A stretch of DNA of 64,000 bases from Iphione sp. A-MEVVRFRX5 (Eukaryota), in NCBI GenBank assembly GCA_976226885.1, contig OZ320322.1:27776001-27840000 (forward strand). The letters run 5' to 3'. Under the pieces are notes generated by a model. The model was not told where the DNA came from. It saw nothing but the letters and a program-made list of their open reading frames with translations, and did no database searches. This document shows, piece by piece, positions 1-12,598 of this stretch (positions within the stretch are counted from its first letter, which is position 1; every line of letters starts with the position of its first letter). The position numbers and the translations under genes are program-made.

Positions 1-465
1 TGGCAACAATACAAACACAAAATGGTCTGCAGACCGAGTACGTCAGCAACATGACATGTTCTCTGTAGACAAACATTCTGGCGTGTAACCAGAGAAGGAG
101 AACTTTGAGAAGAGAAAACCAGAAGCCTTATTATGGTGTTCTTTAATCATCGCAGGGCAAAGCCTGTGAAGATCCTAGATAAACATATCTTTTAACATGA
201 AAAGCACAGGGAACTGTGGGCAGAACAGGAAAGCCACTATACGGTGTGAACAAGAACGAATACATGTAGTTGTCACGTGCCCTGACAGCTTCGGCATTGG
301 GAGCTGTAGTAATTATCCCGCTTAAACAAGAGAAAAGGTGCAGACCAAATCACACCTGTCTCTCCTGTTATTTTCCAAGGTAGATACTTGGCCTGTTATC
401 ATTGTCCACCTTTGTTGCTCAAGCGTGAGACTGAACTAGTTCACCCAACTTTTGTGCCATCATAC

Positions 466-542
466 TCATCGAACAGGGATAATAACTCCACTCTCGAGAA
501 ATAAAGCTTTGATGATATTGACTTTTTCTTGGATCATGCGAG
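466..542 (-). CDS. Candidate terminal coding exon (ARMIQEKVNIIKALFLESGVIIPVR-stop)
   Basis: Pyrimidine-rich acceptor ttttcttcttctgcaaagtttcag| in phase 1 after D8; 25 codons to TGA. No homology support. Confidence 0.3.
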
Positions 543-791
543 CTGAAACTTTGCAGAAGAAGAAAATGTTAAAGGCCTAGTGGACGGTACATGTACAGCA
601 GATCGTGAGACCACAGGAAAGCTTGAGGCTGGGTGAGGTCGCTTATAATTAAGTATACACATAAAGCGTGGCGCATGGTTGAGACTGTGAGAGCACCGGA
701 GCACATGAGAAGGAGGAGAAGCTATTTTCAACGTTTACGAGATACACCATGGTGCCATAGGGAGTGGCCGATGGTTCAAAGGTCAGCTTAC

Positions 792-1445
792 CACCGACTG
801 GCCGTGGAGGGTCGCTGTTGGGGTCAATGAGGCCCTCCTCTATGAGGTATTGCCTGTACGCTTCATACAGCTGCACATCGTCTACCACGAACTGACCGTA
901 CTTCTCGTACTTCATGTCCGTGTTGGCGCGTCCGATGTAGAGCAGCTTATTGTAATCGTAGATGCCCGTGTACGGCTGGCGCGCGCCACTGCGTGCCACC
1001 TCTTGGTTGTTGGCGTACATGATCAGTCCGTGGTCGGGGTGCCATGTCCACTCCAGCAGGTTCCAGTCGGAGTGGTCAAAGGCTCCGGAGGACACCCTCC
1101 ACACGTGCTCTGGGGTGCGGAATTCGGCCCAGATCTTACCGTCCCGGTAGTAAATGTCATACTCCGTGCTGGAGAACAAGTACATATTGTCTACGAGGTT
1201 CTTGGGCTTGACGCGTGACCTCAGTGTGAATCCTTGCCTGCAGGTGGCCAGATTGCCAGAGCACGAGGTATTCTTACCGGCATTTATGAACTGATTGACT
1301 CCGTCGAGGCCCACTGCATTGCCGATCCAGCCCTGGACATTGGTGGGGCGGTTAAGGGCATAGATATAATGACCACGGTGCTTGTTTTCGTGAACGATTG
1401 TGTTACCTGTTATATGGTCCATGTCAATAATATCTTTTTTAATAT
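792..1445 (-). CDS. Exon: whole domain D8 (DIKKDIIDMD...CSGNLATC...LIDPNSDPPRPVG)
   Basis: Acceptor cctttctttcag|AT ATT and donor GGT G|gtaagc; 654 nt, phase 1 to 1. Confidence 0.93.
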
Positions 1446-1874
1446 CTGAAAGAAAGGTCACCATATAATATGAATTTCGACCACATCATTTCATTTTGGT
1501 TTATAAAAAGATTCGTTCGATTCTCGCTTTAAGCATATATTTTGCTGACCTTAGTCTACGACAAAGAAAGGTTCCGTGCAAACTCAAACGATCCAACATA
1601 TGAACACTTGTTTTAGAACATGTTCTCTCAACGTAAGCATTGTTATTGATCAACAGGTTACAAACAAACCTAGAGTTAATCTACAGATGTATTGATTATG
1701 TGCAATCAAGAGGAATGGTTTATCATGGTTTAGTCAGGTGTGGAGTGCACGTGTGTTTATGTGTTTCTGGACAGCAACAATGTGGCTTGTACTAGACATT
1801 CTATAGAACTGGAGGTGGATGGATTTGTTTTGGATAGGGTTTCGGTTTCCCTTTTCACTTTCAGGAGCTCTTAC

Positions 1875-2525
1875 CAGCAGGTGGCGGGTCGGGGTCAGTG
1901 TCAGGGTTGATTAATCCATCCTTGACAAGGTAGTCTCTCCACGCCTCCCACAGCTGCACGTCGTCCACAGTGAACTGAGCATAGCTCCTTCCCGTGGTAT
2001 CAATGTTGGAACGACCGATGTAGAAGGGCATGTTGTAATTGTAGCTGCGGCGGTTGGTCGTGGGGTTCCTGTCTTGTGCTACCAAGCGCCCGTTGACGTA
2101 CATCTTTAGGCCCTTGGTCGGGTGCCAGGTGTGCTCCAATAGGTTCCAGTTCTGCCTCTGGAAGGCCGCTGTGGACACCGTCCACGTCTTGGTGGGCGTG
2201 TGGAACTCACACCACAGCTTACCGTTTCTGTAGTACACGTCGTACATGTTGCTCGAGTAAAGGTACTGGCCCTCCTGTAGGTTTTTCCCCAGCACCCTTG
2301 AGCGCAGGGTGAAGCCGTGGTGACAGTTGTCCAGGCTGCCATCGCACGAGGAGTTCCCTCCCACGTTGATGTACTGGTTTACACCGTCCAACCTGACGGC
2401 CCCATTGATCCAACCGCGAGTAACCGACGGCCGGTTGAACACGCGGACATAGTGACCCTGGTGCTTATCGTGAGCTACACGATCGCCCACAATACGGTCC
2501 ATATCTATAATGTCTCTTCTTACAT
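1875..2525 (-). CDS. Exon: whole domain D7 (DVRRDIIDMD...CDGSLDNC...LINPDTDPDPPPA)
   Basis: Acceptor cacctctttcag|AT GTA and donor GCT G|gtaaga; 651 nt, phase 1 to 1. Confidence 0.93.
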
Positions 2526-3829
2526 CTGAAAGAGGTGCGAAGAGACAAGGAAAACATGATAGGTCCCAAAACAAGCGAATATTCGGGAAAACAATTGGTT
2601 ATTGAGAAAAATTAAGGAGGAAAAAAACCACAGAGGCCAAACAAGCCAATTGGAACTCTTAATTCTTTAAATACTAAATTAAGGTCCAGGAAGATGTTAC
2701 CTTTTAGGGTTACCATATAGAAATACTCTTTGATACAAAAGTTACTAGGCTACGATTTTTACATATAATTTCGATTCTATTGACTTTAACTATTGAGACG
2801 GACTGAAAATATAATGCGCGCAAATTGATCTTTTATTTTCATATGAAATGAAGCTTCAGCAGAAAGGTACTTCTGACCACCTATGGATTTGCTCAAATCG
2901 CATGCATCTCTAAAGCAAGCATCTCAACTGAAAACTCTCCCTATGCAATTATAACATTTACAATAGGATTTGGTGATCTCTATCCGCCGAAATAGTACAG
3001 TGTATATGGCAACAGTAACTACTGTTTGCCAAAAGCAGTTTCGAGAGTAATACCTGAACGTGGCACGTGTCGTCCAGGACGAAATTATATGGTCACTTTT
3101 TCGACCAATTCGAAAGGGGATTTACAGGCGTCATGTATTTTTATAGAACATTATATTCTAATGGAGCATTCATACGTGCACGTGTGCATACATAATTATA
3201 TAGACGAGCTATAATAGACTTTTTTTGGTAATGACGTTTTCTAAAAGGGAAAATCTCATGCCTAAAAGAAAAAAAAACATTCGCTGTTATCTTACTCCTC
3301 AAAATGCGGCGAAATGTTTGGATGGTATACTTTCATTGGAAAGCCTATAAGATCTTGGATGCGTTAGTGGCGCAAAAGCAAGAGGCAGCCATTAATGACA
3401 AGCAAGAAGAAAGACCCAGCAATAAAAAGGAAAGTAAATCAAAAGGGAAAGCAACTGAATCGATAACGAGCCCAACACCACAACGTATCAGCCACCGTAG
3501 AATTCAACACCTCGAGTGATACAGACACCAGCAGAAACCGAGCAGGAGGAGCAGGGAAAAAAGAGCAAGGCAGTGTTTATCGCGTGAAGTGTCGACGTCA
3601 AATATTGTGAAACTGGCAGGCAATGGAAATAGTAACGATAAAAAAAGACATAAAAATTGTATTATTGACATAGCTAATAATGTGGCGGCACATCTACGCT
3701 GGTCGCAGGCAGTGGCGCCTCCCGTGGTTATTTTTTTTGTTTTTATATACAACGAGTGCATTGATCAAGAAGCGTAGGCGAAGTCATGCACGGACCCCAT
3801 CACGTGGTGGTGGTGGTTGCCGGCCTTAC

Positions 3830-4477
3830 CGCCAGGGGAGGGTTCCTCGTCCGGGTCAATTAGCCGGTTGTCGATAAGAATGTCGCGGTAGGCCTCCCAC
3901 AGCTGCACGTCGTCGACGGTAAAGCGACCGTAGCGCTCGCGCCGCATGTCGGTGTTGGCTCGCCCGACATAGAAGTTCTTCTGCGCGCTGTACGCGCCCC
4001 GGTTGATACTGATAGCCGTGTCGCGAGCCAACTCCTTCCCGTTCACGTACATGTACAGACCCTTCGTCGGGTGCCAGGACCACTCCATGAGGCTCCAGGT
4101 GTCCAGCGGGAAGGCGTTCGACGACACGGACCACTTGTGCGTGGGCGTGCGGAAATCGGCCCAGATTTTGCCGTTCCGGTAGTAGATATCGTAGGCGGCG
4201 CTAGAGAAGAGGTACATGCCCTCCTGAAGCTGGTTGGGCTTAATGCGCGCACGCAGGGTGAAGCCATTGTAACAGCGATCTAGGTTGCCGCGACAGGAGC
4301 AGTTGGGTCCCCCGTTGATGTACTGGTTGATGCCGTTGAGCTGGATGGCACCCCTGATCCAGCCTCGCACCACGTTCGGGCTGTTCATGGCATACACATT
4401 GTGGCCCTGGTGACGATCGTGTTCGACTAGATTGCCAGCAAGGATCTGGTCCATATCAATAATGTCGTGCTTCACAT
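3830..4477 (-). CDS. Exon: whole domain D6 (VKHDIIDMD...CRGNLDRC...LIDPDEEPSPG)
   Basis: Acceptor aatgtcccag|AT GTG and donor GGC G|gtaagg; 648 nt, phase 1 to 1. Confidence 0.92.
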
Positions 4478-5279
4478 CTGGGACATTGCAACGCGCGTTT
4501 GCGGGGCGCCAGATGAGAAGGATCCAGGCCATGGAGAACGAGAAAAAAATAGAACACAAACATGCATTTTGTTCTCTGTCACAATCTACGACATGCATAA
4601 GCATAGGATACAATTATTCCAACTTTAGCACAGGCGCAGCTGCTTTGCCACCCCAAACCGACACTAGGGTGAACTAAAAATGTAATGACAGGCTAGTGGC
4701 GCGGGATGAACTTAAATCAAACGGGCACAAGTTAGGAAACAATATATACATGTTTCCTGATCTTCACTTAACAGCTGCAAAAAAGCAAAGGTAGCGTATA
4801 ACAATGGTTCATTGTATGCCATACAATTGGAATCAATATGACCGTTTTGCTATATATATATGCCTTGAGTCGTCCAAGGTCACTGAAAGAAATGTGAAAA
4901 AGATTTTACACCCAAGTTCACCTGAAGAACATGCGATATGGGAGATACATCAATACTTAACGAAATGTGCATAAAAATGTTCCATCTCATATTGCTTCTT
5001 CACCTAATGTGTACTCAATCCGAGGCATGATCACACTGGGTACCTTCCTGAAACATTGGGGGCGGATAATAGTGTACGGCGAAGTAGCCTTGTTTCCTTG
5101 ACCGTCTTCACCTACTGAGCAATTTTTTTTGGCCTAGAATGCGTTGATTTCGCTCTGAAATAAAAGAAGAAATCCTTAACATCTTTCCTGTCACGCTTCA
5201 GATCTTCTCGGCATAACCGGTATACACGAGCTACCTATGTAACTTCATACTTCTCATTCAAGTGTGCCTTTCTGGTTCT

Positions 5280-5400
5280 ATTTGTCCGTCAGTCCGTTTG
5301 TCCTATTGTCTGTCTGTTCGTGTGTATCTAGTCGTCTCTATCCCTGCAGGTTGTCTGTGCTTGTGCGCGCCTGCCTGTTTGTTTGTCTGTCTGTCTGTAG
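5280..5400. repeat. Degenerate (GTCT)n / (GTTT)n simple repeat in an intron
   Basis: gtctgtct and gtttgtttgtctgtctgtct runs. Confidence 0.7.
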
Positions 5401-5524
5401 CTCTCTATTTCTTCTCATTTTAGTAGCGACTGCGTGTGCCCGTACACAACAAGACAGACATTGAGCTGCCACGTCCAGGTCACACCCACCCTAGAAGCAC
5501 AGTACACAAAGGTGGTCTACTCAC

Positions 5525-5814
5525 GGCTCTGCCACAGGTCGATGAAGTCCTTGTGCGCGTACCACAGTTCCATCTCGTCGATGATGGCGTTAGCGTAGGC
5601 GCCGTTGGTGATGTCCTCGTTGGGCCGGCCCAGGTAGACGGTCCAGTCACTGATGTCCCGCTCCGCATGCGCAGTGGGCGAGCGGTCTTGGCTCACTTCC
5701 CGCCCGTTGATGTACATCTGTAAACCCCGCTGCTCGTGCCATGTTAGTTCCACGTTCTGCCACTGATTGGCGCGGAACAAGGAACTCGAGCATGTCCAGG
5801 TCTTACCGCCCATG
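5525..5814 (-). CDS. Exon: C-terminal part of domain D5 (MGGKTWTC...ELTWHEQRGLQMYING...YLGRPN...IIDEMELW)
   Basis: Acceptor tatctgcag|C ATG and donor AGC C|gtgagt; 290 nt, phase 2 to 1. Confidence 0.9.
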
Positions 5815-6066
5815 CTGCAGATAGATCAGCATGCATTTTGAAAATGTTACAACGTGATTAACGTAATGTAATTTCATGTACATGTACTTGTTTCTTTAAT
5901 ATTCAGCGTGGTTTACAGTATATAAAAATAGTGATTTTATAACGTTAGCAAGCATTTTGGTACTTTAAGACCATTTATGGCCCTATCAACATAACATATT
6001 TTCTAGTCAATTTTAATGACGAAATATAAGGTCATCAATCATACAGCATTATCGGTGCACACTCAC

Positions 6067-6281
6067 CTGAATTTAGCATACAGCCGGCCATTGCTGTAGT
6101 ACATTGAGTAGGGGCCTGAAGAGAGGAAGTACTGGTTATCCCTGAGGTCTTTTGGGAAGATTTGCATCTTCATGGTTATGCCGTGCGGGCACTTTTCTAG
6201 GTTACCAAAGCAGTCAGTTTGGTGGTTACCCATCGTAGTGTACTGGTCGAGTGCTGCATTCATGTCCACTCCGTTGCCAAC
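6067..6281 (-). CDS. Exon: middle part of domain D5 (VGNGVDMN...DCFGNLEKCPHG...LYAKFS)
   Basis: Acceptor cacatgcag|GTT and donor TTC AG|gtgagt; 215 nt, phase 0 to 2; C-x6-C motif. Confidence 0.9.
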
Positions 6282-6662
6282 CTGCATGTGAATTTTTACC
6301 ATAAATTAGAGTTTCACGTACGTCCCGTCCTAACATTATGCCAGGTATATCAAATCATTTGGGGAACCCTGCAGTCCTTCTAGTGCAATGGATATAAGAT
6401 ATCTAGTTATTAGATTTTAACTAGCACAGACTGGCGAAAGTTAAAGTGGCCGTTATCAATATATGTATGAAAATCCAGCACCATCGCCTCCATTCCAACC
6501 TAATTTCTATACATCAATTGAGTTCTCGATTGTGATGTCCATAACCTTCACCCAGACTCCAAAATTAGACAAGATAATTGACTCGAGACTGAACGTACTT
6601 GTAGCTGAGTAGATATCATGTTCAATTCCATATGATACAAAGGTCTCCCTAAAGCCGCCTAC

Positions 6663-6772
6663 CTTGGCTGGTTCCAACTTGGCACCGTTATAAACCAGAA
6701 TACGGAACAACGGGTGACGAATCTCGTTGTCATGCTGTACTTCAAATGGAATGTAAATATGTTCGACCTCCT
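6663..6772 (-). CDS. Exon: first part of domain D5 (EEVEHIYIPFEVQHDNEIRHPLFRILVYNGAKLEPAK)
   Basis: Acceptor gtccttttcag|AG and donor AAG|gtaggc; 110 nt, phase 1 to 0. HPLFRILVYNGAKLEP aligns with D4 HPSIRVDVYGNARLVP. Confidence 0.85.
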
Positions 6773-7386
6773 CTGAAAAGGACATCAGTAGTCTATGTGA
6801 ACTTCCTGTAAATTATACACGCTTATGTTTATTATGCATTTATAATGTTCTAGTACAAGACTATAGAATTTTATAAAACAAACTGTACATTTTAAAATGT
6901 ATAACATGAAACCTGTAAAACGCAGTGCGCATGTATTGAACATTTGCTTTTTAAAAGTCTTAGAATGTCTATCAGTATACATGTATTTCTTTAATAATTA
7001 TACATCTATTCCTTAGAAGTCCATACCAGTTTTAGGAGGGTAACTGCATTCAAACATTTAAAGCATGTTTCCCTTTTCACCATTTTTGTATACATGATGG
7101 TAATGTTTTACAATCGCCTTGAAACATGGAAGCCTGAAGAGACCTTACGGTAATTATTGTGGAGGAAGGCACTTGAGCACACGTTTGCAGGTAGCGAATG
7201 GTGAAATACTATAGGATTGATGAAATTTGTATTTCCATCCAACGAATGATATGTGACGAAACGATCATAACTTCTAATCCCAAGGCTTATAGGGGAACCT
7301 CAGGCTATATCCCTGAACTGAAACGGAGATCAACTGTACCTACTGGGGTTAGCCTTCTGCCGCCACCAGGTGGGGGGGGGACCTAC

Positions 7387-8028
7387 CTCTATCAATATAA
7401 CTGAAAGCAATGAGATCATCACGACGACCTTCCCACATTTCAAACTCATCCACAACAAAGTCGCCATAAGCATAGGCCATGTTCCCGGAAAACCCTGCAT
7501 TGGCTCGTCCCAGGTACACGTGACCAGCGGTATTTGGTGGCATCACTTCCGGTATCATCCTACCGACGGCGTCGCTGGCGACGGCCTCATCGTCGATATA
7601 GACGGCGAGGCCGCCCTGGCGATGCCAGGTGAACTCCAGTAAGTGCCACACATTGAGGGTTAGAGGCGGCAGGTCGGTGGCCCAGTGACGACCCGGTAGG
7701 GTGCAGGTGAGCCTCAGACGGCCGTCCTTGTAGAAGAGATTGGCGCCGTTCGAACCAGTCGAGAGATAGTGCATATTCTCGGCGAACATGGGGAAGCGCA
7801 CCCACAAGGCGCCGGTGACGCCCCGCCGACACAGCAGCAGATTGCCCAGGCAGCTGTCGTTGTGGTCACCCAGGTCCAGGTACTGACTCTCACCGTCCAG
7901 GTATAATGCCTGGGCCACCATGCCTGGCACCAGACGAGCGTTGCCGTACACGTCAACTCGGATTGACGGATGTAGCACGCGACCGTTTTCTATGGAGTCC
8001 ATGGCGAAGAGATAGCGGGTTGGCCGGC
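7387..8028 (-). CDS. Exon: whole domain D4 (GRPTRYLFAMDS...CLGNLLLC...SYIDR)
   Basis: Acceptor tatacgtcag|GC CGG and donor AGA G|gtaggt; 642 nt, phase 1 to 1. Confidence 0.93.
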
Positions 8029-8720
8029 CTGACGTATACAGAACATGCCTTTTTACAGCAGAGACACGGTATGTACAACACGACATGAGGCCTTAGTCGT
8101 CCCTTAGTTGAATTTATCTATCAGAAGGATTCTTTCAGTGGTTGGGGTCGGTGACCAGTATGCGTTTTCGGAATGAATCCAGTAATGCATTTGAACACCG
8201 CTTCATCATCGCTGATAGAAACAAAACTATTTTCCCATGAGAGAAACTATCATTGCCCTGTCCACATCATCTCAGCTTTTCGCGTTAGACTATTAAGTAG
8301 ATAATATGTGCTTATATCTTGTTGAGATTCCATACAGGGTAAAGGGCTTTGTGTCGACATTCTTATCGAAGTTATTTACATATATATTTCAGCTGAGATT
8401 TTCCGGCATGTAGTCGAAACGAGTATCAAAGGAATTTATAGAAGGACCTAAAATGTCTATTGTCCCCCGCCTGCTGTTCAGCCAACTGAAACTAATTGCA
8501 ATACACAAATCTTATCTCCAGAATACCTAAAATCCCACAAAAATAATCCATTTACATGTATCGATGAAGGGAAGAATAACATGCAAAAATCAGTCCATTT
8601 GGCTATAGGTTATTGAAGTTATAACATCAAAGGTGCCGATTCTGCTCTCTCTAATATGGACTTCTTGCATGGAATACCATTTATTTTCACTTTTCATGCA
8701 AGAACACCATGGTAAGGGTT

Positions 8721-9075
8721 GGGAGTTAGCTCAGTTGGTAAGAGTGCTGAATAGCACTGGTCCACTGATTGAGAGACAGATCGAAATCCTGGGCCTGGGA
8801 TCTTTAATCATGACCAGATGGATCTACTATGGCCTCAACCCAGAGTAGTCCATAACTTGTAACAAAGACTGCGGGTGTATAGGATTCTGTCTCCTCTGTA
8901 CAAAAAGACCCCAGAAACCTATTCAAAATAAGAGTAGGCGGTAACTCCGGGTATTCTGGTCTCTCAATTCTGGATAATACATTGTAGTATGCCACTGCAG
9001 GAGGATATGGAAGAACAGCTAAAATGCTAGCTGAATATCTAGTCCCTGGTTAAAGATACAATGAAATGAAAATGG
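8721..9075 (+). mobile_element. tRNA-derived SINE, copy 1 (intron between D3 and D4)
   Basis: Head gggagttagctcagttggtaagag (A box) with a degraded B box; colinear over ~350 bp with 48939-49291; tail of (TGAAA)n type. Confidence 0.85.
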
Positions 9076-10931
9076 AAAAAAACCACAAGGTTGTGACGTA
9101 AGGTCAGATGGTCGACCAGTAGTATTCATAGGTTCCCCGATCTCTATGAGGCGGGGAACAATAACGTAGTCTAGCTTAGATTCTAGCTATAGCCAAACAA
9201 ATTCGATCATCGTAGAAATAACCTTCCCGTCTCTCATGGGAAAAAGTTGCCTCCCACAGTGTAGTTTTCGGCGTTTCATTTTGTAAACATTCCTATCAGT
9301 GTGTGGCATGTGGTGCATTCTTAAATTTATGTAAAGGCCTTACCCTAGCAGCTGTAAGGAAACTTGAGTTAGTCACAGAATTGAAAAGGGAAGCAGGAAT
9401 CAACTTCATCCTTACTTTTCATTTATCATGCCTTAGCGGGAGATGATGATATACATTTGCGTGCCGTACAAGCAGTGGATGCAGCGTTATAACAGCATAT
9501 AACCCTTATCAAATCAGAAGTCGCTGAGTAACTACTTGAAAGTGCTATCAGCGCATCTTAAATCTATTTGGTGGTAAGGAAAAAGGCATTTTCGAAAGCG
9601 GTTGAGGTAAAACATATAGGGGCATAACCTTACCAGATGAATTTAATAGGTTGATATGAATATGGGATTAGTATATCTTGTTTGAATGCTGGTTGCTGAG
9701 TCTCTATCGTTGGTATTGCCTTACAACAACCCAACCATTTAATTCTCCTCTCTATCTCGGATCTAATTTGCTCAAAATCTGGGAACACAAGAGAAAGTCA
9801 GGTTATAAAGTCACTTTCAGTCACAAGGACAGAATTAATATAAAAGCGCCCGAGCTCTAGACCCATTCCTCCTTTAGATATTTGGACTATAAGACCTAGG
9901 CAAACATCCATACTGCATCCCTTCGAAATCCTTCAGACCCGCTCTTAGGCGGGGTGGGCCTAAACAGGCGGAGGGCCAAGCTTCCAAAATGAAAGAGGAT
10001 TTTTGGCAAAGAGGTCACCTGTAGGTTTCTCCATTACCTAAGTACTTGTTTATAGTTGATAAATAAACTGTTTGACATTTAATTTCTTGGGAATGAATGT
10101 TAGCTTCATGCTTCCCTTCCTCATGCTCACACACAATGTCAATATACTAGTGCACGTACTCAAGCTTGTGCTATGCAATAATAAACCGACCCATGGTATT
10201 AATATTTATAAACACGTCTTATTTATACTATTAGTAACGTGCTGAAAATGTGTCCATAAATAATAACTAAACTTAAAATATAAAAGAACAAATACAAAGA
10301 AAATTTCAAAAACGATTTTGTGCTCTATGTACACGGTGCATATTTTTATACAGAGGGGCAATGATAGGTTGACAAACAAAAATGATTATTAGTAAATATT
10401 AGTAGGGCTCTTCTCTACTCACGCCATTAGTTCATTCTACGTTTAGTAGAATCCCAGGGGGATGAAATGTATGTACAAGTCAGGATTAGATTTAGGAGGT
10501 GCTTTCCTGCATGCCGCTTTATGTTACTGTGCCTGAGTATGGTATACATGTATTTGAAATGGAGTAAAATATTTACAAAACGTTTTCACCAAACCAGCAC
10601 TACACCGTAGGAGTATCGAAGGAGGGAGGGGGGAATCCCGTGTGGTGTTGTCCTATGCTGGAAAGAAATTCTACTGACTGTATGTACATCATTGATAGAT
10701 AGTGGCCTACGTAGGTGCCGCCGATGTCTTGTGAGGATAGTTGTTGCAGTGGCAGTGTGTTGGCAGTATGTCTTGCTCTTAGCAGAAACACTGAAAACAA
10801 AACGCCTGTACATGGGTATTGCCTTATATGCGGCAAATCATTTGCAGCTCATAGTATATGCGGGTGGGCTTTCAAGCTAAGGATTTCAGATCTAGAGGTC
10901 CTAGGAGGAGGCTGTCTTGACATTAATTTAC

Positions 10932-11561
10932 CTCGATCCAGGTAACCAAACGCTGTCAAATAGTCCCTATCGACGTAGTAATAAGCCAATTCGTCGAGGG
11001 TGACATTAGAGGTCACGTTCACCACGTCCGGTGTCTCTCCCCGGGCCAGGTACACACCGTTCAGTTTCTTTTGGTATGTGGTCTCCCTCGGTAGCTTTTC
11101 GTTGCTGGTAGCCACTAGCAGTTGGTTCACATACATGGCGATGCCCTTGTCAGGGTGCCAGGAATATTCCACAAAGTACCAGGTCTCGGGGTCGATCTTG
11201 GAGTAGCTCACCCTCCATTGGCGCGTGGAAGTTGCGAAGGAGCAGGTGAGGTTGCCGTCCTCGTACCACATCTTGAGACCGTTCTGGCCTGTAGACATGT
11301 ACTGCCTGCCGTCCTCCAGACTACTGAAACGCACCCACGTGGCGAGCAGGACTCCGAAAGGACAGTAATCCAGGTTTCCCAGGCAGGACTCACGGTGCTC
11401 GCCCAGACTGGCGTACTGACTTGGTTGCATGAACTCGACGGCACCGTTCACTTGGCCCTTCACAACTTGAGGACTGCCCGTCAAGTACATTGAATACTCA
11501 GGGTGGCCGATAGTGGCACCATCTATCGCTTCCATGGGGAACTCATAGCCTGCTGGTCGAC
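10932..11561 (-). CDS. Exon: whole domain D3 (GRPAGYEFPMEA...CLGNLDYC...GYLDRG)
   Basis: Acceptor gcatgcag|GT CGA and donor CGA G|gtaaat; 630 nt, phase 1 to 1. Confidence 0.93.
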
Positions 11562-12598
11562 CTGCATGCGTTATTCACAAATGCTTCGTCAAAACTCACA
11601 CAAGTACTAAGGATAACTCAGGTAGCCCAAACAATGCTACACTCATACAGGGCGGATTTTGGGATAATGTATCTTTGCTCTTCTGATAAATTTATTTCCA
11701 TTCAGGCCCCGCGACTACATATACATATTTAACGAAAATTATACTCTTACTTCATATTACAATCATTCATAAAAATTGCAATAATAATGCAGGTTTCTAT
11801 GGGAAACTTTACCATCCCATAACTCATTTCAATGGACCTATCCCCTATATACTACATGTCATGTGCATAGATGACCTAGTTACAGGCACCCTCAACATTC
11901 CATTGACACCTTAAATGCTATACCTGTCCACTGCTGTAGTTCTGTAAATTCTTCACAGAAAGCTCGCATACCTTGACAAAATAATCCAATATACCTTTGG
12001 TACACATGACCAAAACCATGTCTCCTTACCTATTGTAGTTATAGAGATATGGCTTGAAAAAGAACATTCTCTTTCTTCAAGTCTCTCGTCTCTGTCACAT
12101 GCAGAATGTTTGTTGAGGGAGCCTTTTCATACCCTATGTACCGACTGGCTGTCACTAAAACAGGCCAAGCCCCTTGAAAGAGCAAAACGTGTTGTTGCAT
12201 CGTGCTTTGGGGATGGTTCCATTTACATTCCGACCCATTAACAGAAATATGGCCAGTCTTTAATGTATTCTTGCAGAAACATTCAAAACTACAAACTCTC
12301 CCATAATACAAAAAGTAAACGAGTTCAAGGAGTGGACATAGGCCTACCACAGTGAAATGTTCATGGTGCATCTGCGGGGCCCGCAGATATATACGCTGTC
12401 ATGACCCTTGGCTTTCCTAACGAAATGAAATTGGCAAGTAGAAACGTAAAAGGACATACTACCTTTAAAGGGTAAATAACAAACGCATGGTCCATACAGA
12501 CCTTTGTGCACGTGTCGCCTCTGCTAGTTCCAAGATTTCTATAGTGTCATAATGGTCCAGGGTCTCTGGCTAGACCCGCCGGACCTGACATGACCTAC

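Noticed and set aside
6507-6662. C-terminal part of ORF 6507-6785
   Set aside because: Intron read-through past the AAG|gtaggc donor; similarity to the repeat continues in exon 6067-6281 instead
8150-9950. Possible decayed LINE around SINE copy 1
   Set aside because: Fragments resembling RT motifs occur in inconsistent order and no YADD motif is present; too weak to call without a search
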